Below, piece after piece: positions 35,874 to 48,954 of a stretch of DNA of 64,000 bases. How positions within the stretch are numbered: the stretch's first letter is position 1; every line of letters begins with the position of its first letter. The position numbers were made by a program, and so were the translations under genes. The DNA lies in NCBI RefSeq assembly GCF_006345805.1, contig NC_042998.1:69316001-69380000 (forward strand), read 5' to 3'. The stretch is from Octopus sinensis. Lineage: Eukaryota. A model generated the notes under the pieces. The model made no database searches and was not told where the DNA came from. It saw only the letters and a program-made list of their open reading frames with translations.

Positions 35874-36188
35874 CTTTTCTACTCTATGCACAAGACCCGA
35901 AGTTTTGGGGAGGGGATGGAATTTGAACTCAGAACGTAAAACAGACGAAATACCTATTTCTTTACTACCCACAAGGGGCTAAACACAGAGAGGACAAACA
36001 AGGACAGACAAATGGATTAAGTCGATTATATCGACCCCAGTACGTAACTGGTACTTAATTTATCGACTCCGAAGGATGAAAGGTAAAGTCGACCTCGGCG
36101 GAATTTGAACTCAGAACGTAACCGCAGACGAAATACCACAAAGCACTTCGCCCGGCGTGCTAACGATTCTGCCAGCTCGCCGCTTTGA
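35874..36188 (-). mobile_element. SINE family A dimer
   Basis: Same junction at 35953/4. 14-bp TSD acaaaactaatatt at 35860-35873 and 36190-36203. Confidence 0.85.
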
Positions 36189-36767
36189 TACAAAACTAAT
36201 ATTAAGATGGAAAATAACGTTTATTATGTATATTTTCACTTTTATTTATATTTGAAAAGCTTTCTCCTACTTAAGTCTTTGATCTGATCCTCACTATGAC
36301 ACTATGAACACATCGAAATTATATTTCTGATCATATAAACCACTTCAAATATTATTTTAGCAAGTTTAAAATGATTTCTTTTGTGTCGTCAACCATTTAC
36401 CATTTCTGTGGTGACCCCCGACCCACCCTTTCTTTGATGCCCTAATCCAGCGCTGCACACACGGGATTAATAACACCTAAAAGAACATGCTTCTCTTACT
36501 TTCACCGGAGGTGAATGTATCTTTGATCAGAAGGAATTGATGTCATCGGACGGTATGGAATAGCCTTTCAGTATTTCGACCCTCAACCGTAACACCCCAT
36601 GTTGGTGAGGTCGCCAGTGATAGCCAAATCACTGCTCCATCATCTCCCCAGTAATATGCACACACGCACGTACACAGATGTGTGTGTGTGTGTGTGTACC
36701 TTTGCTTGTCTCCTAGTTTTGATTTGACATCATGCGGTTGTTTTAAACTTGCGTTACCGTCATAGCT

Positions 36768-36831
<64 letters not shown>

Positions 36832-37100
36832 CACACACACACACACACCTTATGTGTGTGTGTGTGTACGCAGACTGCAGTCAGTCTTAAGATATACAAG
36901 AATGTGTTTGAGATGTTAGGAGACATGCTACATGTAATCAATGCGCAAATAGTTTCTTTGGCTTCTTATCTATGACGTCATCATAAAAATGTTGTGGATC
37001 ATGTCTGATATACATGCATACATGCATTAATACACACACATACATACATAAATACACTTACATACATAAACACACACACACAGACACACGCACGTACATA

Positions 37101-37350
37101 TTAGGTTGGTGCATAATTATTGCGGCTTTTTTTTCAACAAATTTTATTCAACAAAAACAATAACATTTGACAAAAACATCTTTAAATGATTACTCCGACC
37201 GTCTGCCAAGAAAATTGGAAGCAGTAATTGAAGTAGATGTTGAATATACTCAGGAATAATCATTTAAAGATGTTTTTATTAAATGTTGTTATTGTTTTTG
37301 TTGAATAGAATTTATTGACAAAAAACCGCAATAATTATGCACTAATCTAA
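37101..37350. mobile_element. mariner MITE
   Basis: ta|ttaggttggtgcataattattgcgg TIRs with TA TSD. Internal LPRKLEAVIEVDVEY matches a mariner transposase C-terminus. Confidence 0.85.
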
Positions 37351-37352
37351 TA

Positions 37353-38218
37353 CATGATCAGTATCTGGATTGTTGCCATAGTAACGAAGCTAAAGCACGT
37401 AGATGAAGCCACCTGGCAAAGATTGACCTTGGACTCTGCTGTGCATGCGTCCTAAGTTTTAACGTTCTAGCTCACTTTCGCTGTTTACAGCTGTGCTTGG
37501 AGGGATGGTGTGTAGCGTGTGATCGTCGCATTAACCATGAGAGAGAAAGTTATGGCGACACCTGCTCAGAGGCCTGCGCAAAGTAGTAAAAAGTGTATGG
37601 AGAGGAGTGCATGAGCCGCACACAAGTGTACAAGTGGTTCAGACGTTTCCAAGATGGCCGAAAAAATGTCGATTTTGATGAACGTTCTTGGAGACCCGCA
37701 ACCGGCAGAACTGAGAAAAAAATCGCGGATGTACGTGCAGCTGTAAGGAGAAATCGTTGAATTGCCATCCGTGAGTTATCAGAGGATGTGCAGATTAGTT
37801 ACGGTTCAATTAAGTCCGTTTTCACTGAAGATTTGGGTATGAGACGCGTATCTGCCAGTTTGTGCCAAAGCTGCTTTCAGCTGACCAAAAAGACACCCGG
37901 GGTTTCCTTGATTGTGTCAAGAACGATGAAAACTTTTTAAAATCTTTGCGTAGGCCTCTGAGCAGCTATCGCCAAGCTTTTGGCAAAATTTGATGTAGAT
38001 TCTCTGCTCAACTTCCTCTTTCATCGTCATTGCGACGATCACACGCTACACACGTTCCTTCCAAGCACTGCTGTAAACAGTGGAAGTGAGCTAGAACGTT
38101 AAAACCTAGTGTGCATGCACAGTAGAGTGGAAGGTCAATCTGTTCCTGGCGACTTCACTCTGTGTGCTTAAGCTTCGTTGCTATGGCAACAGTCTGGATA
38201 CTTATTGATCAGACCACG
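37353..38218 (+). mobile_element. internally deleted mariner with inverted duplicated 5' end
   Basis: KVYGEECMSRTQVYKWFRRFQDGR..DERS.RP..IRELSEDVQISYGS..FVPKLLSADQK. ~200-bp inverted arms. Right TIR reverse complement tacgtggtctgatcaataag. Confidence 0.85.
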
Positions 38219-38439
38219 TAAATACACACACACACACAAGCGGATGTTAACATAAAACTAAAGTGAAAAGAGAATACCTACGCTGAACTATTGAGGAATC
38301 TACAGCTAATCTATCCAGTTCAAGTTTATACCTGTAATTATTGGGGCACTGGGAATGAAGCCTTCAAGGTGGTGCTCCAGTATGGCCACAGTCCAATGAC
38401 TGGAACAAGCAAAAGAAATGATATATATAAATATTTTCA

Positions 38440-38790
38440 TCTTTGCCCTTTTCTCTGTTTCAGTCATTAAGCATCGACCATACTGGGGCACCGCTTTGAA
38501 GGGTTCAATGAAACAAATTCACTCTCCGCCTGACACTTCCACCGGACTCTTTTGCGAAATCACTAATTTATGGGGACGTAAACAAACCAACATTGGTTGT
38601 CAAGCGGTGATTGAGTGGGAGGACAAATACATATATACACACACATATATACAACGGACTTCTACACAGTTTCCGTGTATCAAGTCCGTTCACAAGGCTT
38701 TTATCAGTCGGAGCTATCATAGAAAACACTTGCCCAAGGTGCCACACTGTGGGATTGAACCTAGAGCCATGTGGTTGGGAAGTAAACTTC
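38440..38790 (-). mobile_element. SINE family B, tail-to-tail with a + strand tail fragment at 38360-38420
   Basis: Reverse complement of a full copy. Confidence 0.8.
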
Positions 38791-38839
38791 TTATCATCAT
38801 ACATTTATGTATGTAAGGGCGAATGTATACACAGATATA

Positions 38840-39471
38840 CAGGGTGTTCAAAAAGTCTCTTCGCAATACGTATTTTATTGCCAAATAACTATTCATTAGA
38901 TGGTATAAGACTACAAAGGAATATATTAGACTTTACAAGACTTTAAAAAAAAACTTTTATAAGGGGTGTTGAAAGTGCCGTCCTTCATTTTCAATACATA
39001 AAATTTAATTTCTTTTTTACTGCCGTGTGAGCACTTCTTGGGTTGATTTCCGTTTCCTGTGACAATTTGCGTAAGGACTTTGATGAGCTTGCCGACAGTT
39101 TATCAGAAATATTGGAGAGTGTTTCGTCTGAAAGAAGAGTAGGCCTACCGTTTCTTGCTGCGTGTTCCACTGAGCCTCTGTTTCTAAATTTTCATATCAA
39201 ATCCCGCACAGTGTTACGATGTGGAACAACATTATTTGGAAAAGTTTCACTGAACTTCTGTTTCACAGTATCGGTGTATTTGTTTCCAGCTCGAAACACC
39301 CATTCAACTAAAAACTTACGTTCTTCAATGGTTAGTATGTCGACACGCTGAAGGGTATACAATGACTAAGGGACAATGGCTGACACCTGGTCACTCATGC
39401 AGTGATAGCCATGTTGCGCATGTGCAGGATGAAAAAAGAATTCACTCCGGAGAGACGTTTTGAACACCCTG
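38840..39471 (-). mobile_element. Tc1/mariner-superfamily deletion derivative
   Basis: TIRs ta|cagggtgttcaaaa. Minus-strand translation EERIEWVFRAG..KFSETFP..HRNTVRDLI*KFRNRGSV..RNGRP..KSLRKLSQETEI. Confidence 0.85.
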
Positions 39472-39489
39472 AATATTAAAGAAGTTGCC

Positions 39490-41150
39490 TTTTGTATGTA
39501 TATCAACGTTAGATTTGTTTGTCTTTCGTGTTGGGAATGCATTAGAAGTGATTTAAAATCGGTGAGTTGACGTCAATAAAAGCTGTTTCGTGGCCTCGAA
39601 TGATTGAAGATTTGGAGTTTATCAGGGGAAAAAATTCTCAAATTCTTCAACCAAAGTGACATCAACACGCCCTGATCTCTTGTTATGGGTGATATCACTT
39701 AGTTATTTTGGGTGCCATTACAGACTAAAACGAGGAGTGCGCATGAAATGGCAAGTAATTAAATATAGTGATTTGAAGGAGATACACTAAACACGGTGAT
39801 GAGAGTGGGATAAAAATGTTGTTGTTTTGGTGGTGGTGGTGGTGGTGGTGGTTTAGTCCCAGGTCAATCTTGATTAAAGAGATCTTTGATGAAAAGCTTA
39901 CGAGAGAGCAGCGTTGAATATTTAGGTCCTGTGTGAGCTTCCTCTGATAAGGCTATAAGAAGTGAGGTGTGTGTGTGTGTGTGTGGTGTGTGTGTGTGTG
40001 AGAGAGAGGGAGAAAGAGAGAAATTGTGATGAAAACAAGTGTATATCATTTGTTCCCTAGGTATGTCCCACTATTGTGGTTATTTGCATGTTCTGTCGTG
40101 GAGGTTCCAAGTTCAATCGAGTGCTGAACCACCTCTAATTCACCAGGGCAACACTTTATCGCATTATGCCACACTGATCAAATGCTTAGTCTGTGGAGCT
40201 CCGAACTCGCCAGTAGCAGTCGTTATGTTATATAAATGTGTTATGCAATGTTACATGAGTATGAATGCAACACATGTAGCACAAACGCATACATATGTGT
40301 TATACAAACATATACGTTTATGAATACAATAAATGTGACACACGCATACATATGTCATACATATACGTGTATGAATACAACACATGTAACACACATGCAT
40401 ATAATGTATATGTACATAAGATATATATATATATATACACGTCTGCGTACAGATATACATACATACATATACACATTATACATACGTACATATACACATC
40501 ATACATACGTACATATACACATCATATATATGTACATACACACATACATACATACATACATACACACACTACATACATACCTATACACATACACACACTA
40601 CATACATACATACCTACACACATACATACTCACATACTACATGCATACACACACATACTTACTCACTACATCATACAAACATACACACACATACATACAT
40701 ACATACACACACACATACATACATACTCAAATTCTTACATTTAAATAATAAGCGTAGCTGCAAGAAAGCCACGACTGGAACGCTTTCTATCATAGATTTT
40801 CTTAAACAGGAACGGAACAGGGTTTAATCCCCACTAAAAGCAGCAACGACTATACAGTTGCACCCTCCCCCCCCGTTTAATGTACCCCCTTCAATCCCCC
40901 CATTTTATTGCTTCTCAGCCTATTAACCCCAAATAACTCTCTAGAATTTAGAGTCTAAATGATATCAGTCACAAGAGATCAGGGCACGTTGATATCACTT
41001 TAGTTGAAGAATTTTAGAAGCGCTTCCCTGATAAACTCGGATTCTTCAGTCATTCGAGGCCACGAAATAGCTTTTACTGACGTCAGCTCACCGACTTCAA
41101 ATCCATTGCTAATGTATCCCCAACACGAACAAAACTAACGTCAGTGTACA
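39490..41150. repeat. ~240-bp inverted repeat pair (39490-39720 / 40930-41150)
   Basis: For example tcgtggcctcgaatga vs tcattcgaggccacga, and gccctgatctcttgt vs acaagagatcagggc. Confidence 0.8.
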
Positions 41151-41179
41151 TTACTTTTTTTTTTCCACTTTTTTTACTT

Positions 41180-41354
41180 TTTATCTTTTATCTCTTACTC
41201 GAGCACCGTCTTGGAGAATTTTTAGTCGAATGAATTAACCTCTGTACTTATTATTTTTATTATAAGCTTGGTGCATATTCCATTGGTCTCTTTTTACCGA
41301 ATTGCTATGTTAGAGGACGTAAACAAACCAACACCAGTTTTCAAGAAATAGTGA

Positions 41355-41413
<59 letters not shown>

Positions 41414-41582
41414 GACGGATTTCTTTCAGTTTCCGTCCAGTCTAGCAAATCCACTCACAAGGCTTTCGTCAGCTCGAGGCTGTAGTGGAAGACACTTATC
41501 CAAGGTGCCACGCACTGGGACTGAACTAGGAACCATATGGTTGGGAAGCAAGTTTCTTACCACACAGCCACGCCTGCGCCTA
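41180..41582 (-). mobile_element. SINE family B
   Basis: Reverse complement of a full copy with a (TC)n(CA)n linker. Confidence 0.8.
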
Positions 41583-41885
41583 AAAGTTTTATGAAAAAAC
41601 ATTTCTTCACGTTAGACATGATCCGTGAAATACACACACACACACACATTTTAATCGGCAAAACGTTACAAAAATGACTTCAATGCCGAGATCTTCGTAC
41701 ATTGCAGTTTATGGATAAGAAGCACGCTTTGTGACCATTTGGTTTCAAGTTCAGTCTCATTGCACGGCACCTTGGGTAAGTGTCTTCTGCTAGAACCACG
41801 GGCTGACCAAACCCTTGTGAGTAAATTTGGTACACGGAAACTGTATAGAAGCTTACATTTTATATATTTACAAAACTTCTCCATG

Positions 41886-41938
<53 letters not shown>

Positions 41939-41964
41939 GAAGTAAAAGCTGCTCTAGGACTTAT

Positions 41965-42280
41965 TGTTCGTAAGCCTAGTACTTATTCTATCAATCTCTT
42001 TTTGCCGAACCACTAAGTTACGGGGACGTAAACACACCAGCATCGGTTGTCAAGCGATGTTGGGGGCTGGGGGACAAACACAGACACACAAACACACACA
42101 TGCATACATATATATACATACGACAGGCTTCTTTCTGTTTCCGTCTACCAAATCCATTCACAAGGTTTTGGTCGGCCCGAGGCTATAGTAGAAGACACTT
42201 GCCCAAGGTGCCATGCAGTGGGATTTGAACCCGGAACCATGTGGTTGGTAAGCAAGCTACTTTACCACACAGCCACTCGT
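41965..42280 (-). mobile_element. SINE family B (young), inverted to a + strand head at 41725-41870
   Basis: Near consensus. Confidence 0.85.
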
Positions 42281-42659
42281 GCACACACACACACACACAC
42301 ATACACATATCTATTGTGCATGTATTTATGTCTGTATTGTTGGAATGTCAATTAGTGTCTAATTAGAAATCGTCTGATAATTTACTGCAGATAACGTGAA
42401 ACCTTTTAACTGCTGTGACATTTAAATATCTCTCTTCTTAGCTGCCTTTTATCGTTGATTCATACCTTTCGTTATTGTTGTTAATATTTTAGTTTTCTAA
42501 ATCTAATGTGTGTGTGTGTGTGTGTGTGCGTGTGTGTGAGTGTGTGCGTGATAGAGAGAGAAATAGAGTGAGAGAGAAATTGTAATAAACACAAGGTTAT
42601 ATCATTTGTTCCCTACGTACGTCTCACCATTGTGGTTATTTGCATCTTTAGCCGCACTT

Positions 42660-42925
42660 ATGAAAGCGGTGGCTTAGTGGTTAGGGATATTCGACTTACG
42701 ATCGTAATGCCGTGAGTTCGATTCCCAACGACGCATTGTGTCCTTGAGCAAGACACTTTATTTCACGTTGCTCCAGTCCACTCATCTGGCAAGAGTGAGT
42801 TGTACCTGTATTTTAAAGGACCATTCTGTGTCATATTGAATGTCCCCGAGAGCTATGGAATGCTTAGCCACTTCAGGAGCAAGCTGTTCCGTTGATCAGA
42901 TTACGTGGAACTTTTGTCGTCGCGT
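42660..42925 (+). mobile_element. SINE family C
   Basis: ggcttagtggttaggg..gtgagttcgattccc..ttgtgtccttgagcaagacacttt. Confidence 0.8.
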
Positions 42926-43021
42926 GTATGCGTTTGTGTGTGTGGTGTAATAGAAGCAGAATCATATTACTTCATAATGGTAATCTGTGTATCATACTTA
43001 AAACGGATAAATCTTTGAAAA

Positions 43022-43559
43022 CAAAGATTATTTGCCAATATAACATGGCAGTCATAGTTTAGAACGAATGTTACTGTAATTTAGCCCCCAGGAGACATCT
43101 TCTCCGGCTTGCTATACGACACGATCTGTGGCCTTATATTTTCGAACAAGGGAATCTTGCACCCCAACTCAGCTCAAAACAATATTTGTGTGTCGTGATT
43201 TCCGGGTTATTTCCCTTCATCAGCACAATAATTGTTCGGCTAGAGGTGGCGGTGCCAAATTCCCGTTCGAAATATATATTTTCAAAGTGACGACTAAGTC
43301 ACCGATCTATAAATTAGAAAATTACACATATTGTTTTGAGCTGAGTATGGGGGGGGGGGGGGCTAGATTCCCTTGTTCGAAAATATAAGGACACAGATCG
43401 TGTCGTATAGCCAACTGGAGACGATTCTCCTGGGGCTAAATTACAGCAACATTTGTCCTAAATTACCAGGACTGCCATGTTATGTTAGCAAATAATCTTT
43501 ACTCCAAAGTACTGTTGCTGAATATCTCTCGTTGTGAGATTTACAAATAGTAATATTCT
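43022..43559. mobile_element. fold-back element (family H): ~165-bp inverted arms around a hammerhead-containing centre
   Basis: Arms at ~43024-43190 and ~43322-43501, extra tail to 43559. Possible 11-bp TSD aatctttgaaa at 43010-43020 and 43560-43570. Confidence 0.75.
43186..43228 (-). ncRNA. type I hammerhead motif
   Basis: Reverse complement: ttgtg-CTGATGA-a ggg aaataa ccc g-GAAA tc ac ga c a-cacaa. Stem I ttgtg/cacaa. U16.1 appears mutated to C. Confidence 0.6.
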
Positions 43560-44597
43560 AATCTTTGAAAGCCTTTTAAACTACGGTAATCATCTCGAGA
43601 AAGCATCTCTTATAGACTTATAGTGCTAAAAAGTTTTTGAAATTCTTATGTTGTATTCGCGCGCGTGTATGTGTTTAACTGAACGATTTTCTAGTTTAAC
43701 CTGTTATATGGCTGTTGTTGTTGTTGTTGTTGTTCAGTCCTGTGTCAAGTTCCATAGGAGAAACTGATATAAAGGCCTTCCAGCGGCAACCAACTCATTT
43801 TTGTTTGCATTTCGAGATACCGGGTTCGATCCCATTCTGCAGCGATTTGGTCCATTTGTTTTTAAACAATCTCAGGACGACCCAAACACTGTGAATAAAA
43901 TCGGAGATATAGAAACTGTGCGGAATCTTGTCGGTTGGCCTGTACCTGATTCCATTCGTCGGTTACGCTAATGGCAGACCTGTTTGTTAAATGCTCAGTC
44001 ACTTATATCCGACAGTTGAATGGACTGACAATTCAGACGATCAAACAGCTGAATGTTCATCGTCGAAACCGACGGAGATTCTTTACATTTATTTAATGTG
44101 TGTGTGTGTGTGTGTGTGTGACTTTGTCTCTTTTTAAGCTGGAATGGATTTGCGAGCTGAGTAAGATTGTCTTACTTTTAAGTTGAGCTGTGTCGTTGGT
44201 TCACCAGCTAGACGTCGCTGTTGGTTGAAGTGTCACTGTGTGAGATATGCAGATGTGATGTATGGGAATACGTGTGCCTGCGTGTTGGAGAGGAGTGCAT
44301 GAGAGAGAGAGAGAGAGAGAGAGGTGGGAGGCGAGGTCGGATTCTGAGTTGAGAATAAAGTATTTGATTTGATTTGATTTTGGTTTTATTTTAAAAAAAT
44401 TATTATCCTGACCCAATTAACTATAACCGCGCCCACTTACCCATATACACAGACACATCCACACATACATACACCGACAGAAACACATACATACAAAAGT
44501 ACATGCGGGCATACATATACACAGTTACCCACATATGCCAAGATGCATACGTACATGCATACACACACATACACATATAGACACGTCAATACACACG

Positions 44598-44637
<40 letters not shown>

Positions 44638-45332
44638 CAGTGTACCACCCCTAATTTATCTACGCCTTAGATGATTACAGAATAAAATAAAGCCCTAGAA
44701 TAAAATATAAAATTTTAAAAATGTGTGACGACTTACTTTCAAATAATATGAAATATATTTGCACTAAACGAAATATTTACATTATCAACACTTTGAAGAC
44801 ACGTCAGCATCTGGTGATTATACATCCAGTGAAGAAGCAGGCCTCCACGTGGTGGCTCCTCTGGCTAGAACCTGCATTCAAACTCCCCCTCAAGCTGTTG
44901 CCATATAAGAGGAAATATCTGAAAGTGTCGTCTAAGCTAGAATATTCTGTTAGTAATTTTTACACCGTTTTTATGTTCTTCTTGCCTTCTAGAAAGAGGC
45001 GGTAACATACGCCAATTTTACCTCATCCTGAAGATGTGACTAAAAAACGTTGAGAATGTATTTCTGGATTTTAGTGAACAAACTGTCAGGAGATCGTAAA
45101 GAAATATTAAGTATTTTGAAAAAAAATCTGGAACTAAACTGTTTTTTCTTATTTCAAATTAGTGTGCGTGCGCATGTGTATGTGTGTATACGTTGCAGGT
45201 ATGTATACGCGTGTGTGTGTTTGAAAAGTGTTTTACGAGGTAAAACTTGAAATCAGAGCTAACTCTCTATATTACAAATTTGTCTCCACTGCCATTGTCA
45301 TGCCATTGTATTTGTTTAAGGAAGAGAAACAG

Positions 45333-45368
45333 TCTTAACGTTTTGGACGTTAGTCCTTCACCATAAGA
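45333..45368 (-). ncRNA. degenerate type I hammerhead motif
   Basis: Reverse complement: tctt-atggtga-a-ggac taac gtcc-aaaac gtt-aaga. Stems I and II are perfect, the core is decayed. Confidence 0.45.
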
Positions 45369-45967
45369 AAAGTAAAGGAATGTAAAAGAAAAGTAATTAT
45401 GAAAAGAGAAAAAATGCACGAGGTGATAGGGAGTCAAGTGAGCCTGCAGTTCTATGGAAGGGATTTAAAAAGGAGGAAGAAATGTAGTGTGTGCACTGGT
45501 AGAAGTACATCTGTGTTTTGAGATAAGCATAAGGGTGAATACTGTGTGTGTGTGGATGAACTAGAAGTCCCAGTCAACATGATCTTCACAATATATCTGA
45601 ATCTACTATAGGAAGCAATGGAATCGCCAACATCAAGAAAGATTTCCTTCGGTATGTGTGCGTATTCTCATTCGATGGGTATCCTCAATTTGTTGACGGT
45701 TTTATAACAAAGTTTAACTTTTAAGTAAACTCATAACAAAAGTCTAGCGGTGTGAAGTGCGGTAAACACAAAAGACATTCTACTGAACCTCTTTGTCTAA
45801 TTCACCTATTTGGCAAAAGGTAGACCTTTATATTGCTATGGTAGTGGATTAGTGGGGGTGGGGGAGGTGCCCCTTCTTGTTGGAAATAAATTCTCCATTC
45901 TCAAAGTCCTCTTGAATGCTTGGTGCAACAGATTATCACAGCAAGTTCAAGTAAATGTAACCAATTG

Positions 45968-46368
45968 TAGGAGTGGCTGTGTGGTAAGTAGCTTGCTTAC
46001 CAACCACATGGTTCCAGGTTCAGTTCCACTGCGTGGCGCCTTGGGCAAGTGTCTTCTACTATAGCCTCGGGCCGACCAAAGCCTTGTGAGTGGATTTGGT
46101 AGACGGAAACTGAAAGAAGCCTGTCGTATATATATGTGTGTGTGTGTGTGTTTGTGTGTCTGTGTTTGTCCCACCCCCAACATCGCTTGACAACCGATGC
46201 TGGTGTGTTTACGTCCCGGTAACTTAGCGGTTCGGCAAAAGAGACCGATAGAATAAGTACTAGGCTTACAAAGAATAAGTCCTGGTGTCGATTTGCACGA
46301 CTAAAGGCGGTGCTCAAGCATGGCCACAGTCACATGACTGAAACAAGTAAAACAGTAAAAGAGAGAGT
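45968..46368 (+). mobile_element. SINE family B (young, full length)
   Basis: Near consensus. Confidence 0.9.
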
Positions 46369-46566
46369 AATCGCAGGACCGTCAAAAAAGAATAGTCCAA
46401 TTAATCCTTTGATGATAATCCGCACTATATTGTAAATCCGAATAGATTAACAATGATGCTTCTCTATAATATGCGAATTCTCAGGTTCCCAGTTGGTGCA
46501 ACTGTACCGGTTGATTGTGCCATTTAATTTGAAAGTGACCTCATCACCAAAAGCAGTATTTATTAG

Positions 46567-46698
46567 CAGTGGCGGATTGAGCCGTCGGTCAATCGGGTAC
46601 TGCCCAAGGGCCCGGAGCTCTGAGGGGCCAGCACTCTACATGTTAACTCTCTTTGATCTCGATGCTAAGGGGCCCTTAATACTCTCGGTCCGCCCCTG
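46567..46698. mobile_element. small MITE (cagtggcgga / tccgcccctg TIRs, hAT-like)
   Basis: Terminal inverted repeats present, TSD poor. Confidence 0.55.
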
Positions 46699-46734
46699 TT
46701 AATTGTAAAGTGTGCATCTTTTACATATTTTACC

Positions 46735-47040
46735 TAGTTCCATCCGCAAAACTCTACTCTTCGGCCCGGATCACCTTCATTGAGAGTATGGACTATTCTT
46801 GGAATGACAGCACTTGAAAACGCGATGGACATTTGGACGTTTGATTCTGAAATTCCTATTTCAAGACTCGTTTGCTACACAGATTCCTTTGGACACTGGC
46901 AATATGTTTCTACTACCCATTCCTTAGTTTGTGACGCTCGGCGATGTCCGTAGTCTCCCGGAACGGTTCTTGTAATCATTCTGAACAGTTCCATCTGCTT
47001 CGAACTTATCTCTAATTCGAGTAATCTTAATCTTAGTCTA
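46735..47040 (-). pseudogene. Tc1/mariner transposase fragment
   Basis: ITRIRDKFEADGTV..RSGRLRTS..CPKESV*QTSLEIGISES..EGDPGRRVEFCGW. Confidence 0.75.
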
Positions 47041-47109
47041 CTTCCTTTCATTATTTCTAATAATTAAAATCTAAAAGAAAAGAAAATTGAGTGCTCCCCG
47101 CAGTATGTA

Positions 47110-47329
47110 CAGTATTCCTTGACTATTGTGGGTGTTACGTTCCAAAACACCACCGCGATAGGTGAAAATCCTCGAAGTAGGAACAGTGCTGTAGAGTATA
47201 TTTTAAAATTATTTTTATAATTTGTATATATTTATTTTATTTTAAATGCGAAACAACTCCACGGGGAATCGACGTAAGCTTAAATAATAAACCGCGATAG
47301 GTGAACCGCGATATGGCGAAGGATTACTG
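47110..47329. mobile_element. pogo/Tigger-like MITE
   Basis: ta|cagtattcct..accgcgataggtgaa repeats..aggattactg. Confidence 0.7.
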
Positions 47330-47773
47330 CACACATGTTTGGATCCCCTACATATGTTTGCATGCATCTAAGTATATTGTGTACATGCATCTATGCATAT
47401 TAAATGTTTGTGGCTGCATGCATATATGTGTCTATGCATATATATCATGTATGTATGCACACAGTGACATACACGCATATATACACATGAACGCGCATAC
47501 AGATGTGCGGTCATATGTGTTTGTGTAAGTTACTGCAACAATGCATATACCACTTAAACGTAAACAACCATTTAAGGACGGAAGGAAAAAAAAACCCAAA
47601 TGGAATGGGTAGATGGATGGGCGGGAAAACCGCACAAAGAAAACTTTGTTAATTCTGGTTAACTGGTCACCGTGACGTAATATTACGCTCCCTGAAACTG
47701 ATATTAACAGGCACACACGCAGTGTGTACACTATATATACACACATATATAGTGTGTGTGTGTGTATGTATGC

Positions 47774-47804
<31 letters not shown>

Positions 47805-47880
47805 CGTACGGACATACATATTTCGCCTGTCCCCATCTCTCTCTCAGTCTCTCTCCATTATAAATATATACATTATATAC

Positions 47881-47945
<65 letters not shown>

Positions 47946-47957
47946 AATATATATATA

Positions 47958-48166
47958 ACGGGAAGCTTTATGAAAATAGACAAAGACGAAGGCAGGTGGA
48001 AAACAAACAAACAATTGTATTAGTATGGCGCTCAGGAAATATAAATAAAACAAGTCTTTAACGTTTCGAGCCTACGCTCTTCAACAGAAAGATACACAGA
48101 GAGAAAAAAAAACACAGAAAGAAGGAGAGAAAAAAATGCGTGCAGTAACTAACAATCAACATGGCG
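47958..48166 (-). mobile_element. family E hammerhead-bearing element flanked by (TA)n on both sides
   Basis: Homologous to the 5575 and 9052 copies. Confidence 0.8.
48055..48092 (-). ncRNA. type I hammerhead motif, core variant CUGUUGA
   Basis: Reverse complement: tcttt-ctgttga-a-gagc gtag gctc-GAAAC gtt-aaaga. Stems I and II are perfect. Confidence 0.65.
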
Positions 48167-48329
48167 ATATATATATATATATATCTATATATATATATAT
48201 ACACACCCTCTCTACCCTCCCTCCCTCTCTCTCTCTCTTTCTATATATATATATATATAATGAAACAAAATGCTAAGACTGAAAGATTTTTGTGGTTGTT
48301 CCTATTTGTTTCTCATTATACACTTGAAG

Positions 48330-48790
48330 TATCGTCTGGGGTTCAACTAACGTTTAATCGATGGTCTGGAGCCATATTGCACGTTGCTCTCATCCTGGAA
48401 GTGCGGCCTCGGTTTCGCCTCCTTCCTACATTCTGACGCTAGACGCACTTGCAACGCCATATCGTTTGTCTGTTTGCTTGTTTAGATGCCTGTTGTATAT
48501 CCTGTATTGAAATATATTTTACTGAAGCCGAAAACACGTGGTCGTTATAGGATGACTGACAAGTTTATTATATGAGCATATAATATATGCATATCCGGAG
48601 AAAATTTTAATACAGATAAATATGTATATAATTAAAGATATATGCTTCAAATCACGCAGGCCTGCAACGGGACTCAATGCTCATCGTAGAGGTCATGAAC
48701 GGAAAGTTAGAAATGCCATTGACAACGAGCTAGTACAAAGGAGACGTCAATCATTTGTGCAGATGGTGCAGTCGCCACACACACACACAC
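48330..48790. mobile_element. Tc1-like remnants
   Basis: + strand NELVQRRRQSFVQMVQSPHT resembles a Tc1 C-terminus, and minus-strand RNRGRTSR resembles the GRPR motif. Confidence 0.35.
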
Positions 48791-48954
48791 AATTTTCTTC
48801 CATAACTGTCAACTCTGAGGAGCACAGGGATACATAATCGGATTGTTGTTAATATCACGTCGAACCCCTAGTGCGAAACAGTTTGTAAGATCGACGGTAA
48901 TAGATATATAACATTATACACTTCGATTAATATATATATATATATATATATATA

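Noticed and set aside
45020-45062. ctgaagatg..aaaacgtt, hammerhead-like
   Set aside because: No stem II, no G12 and only a 2-bp stem I.
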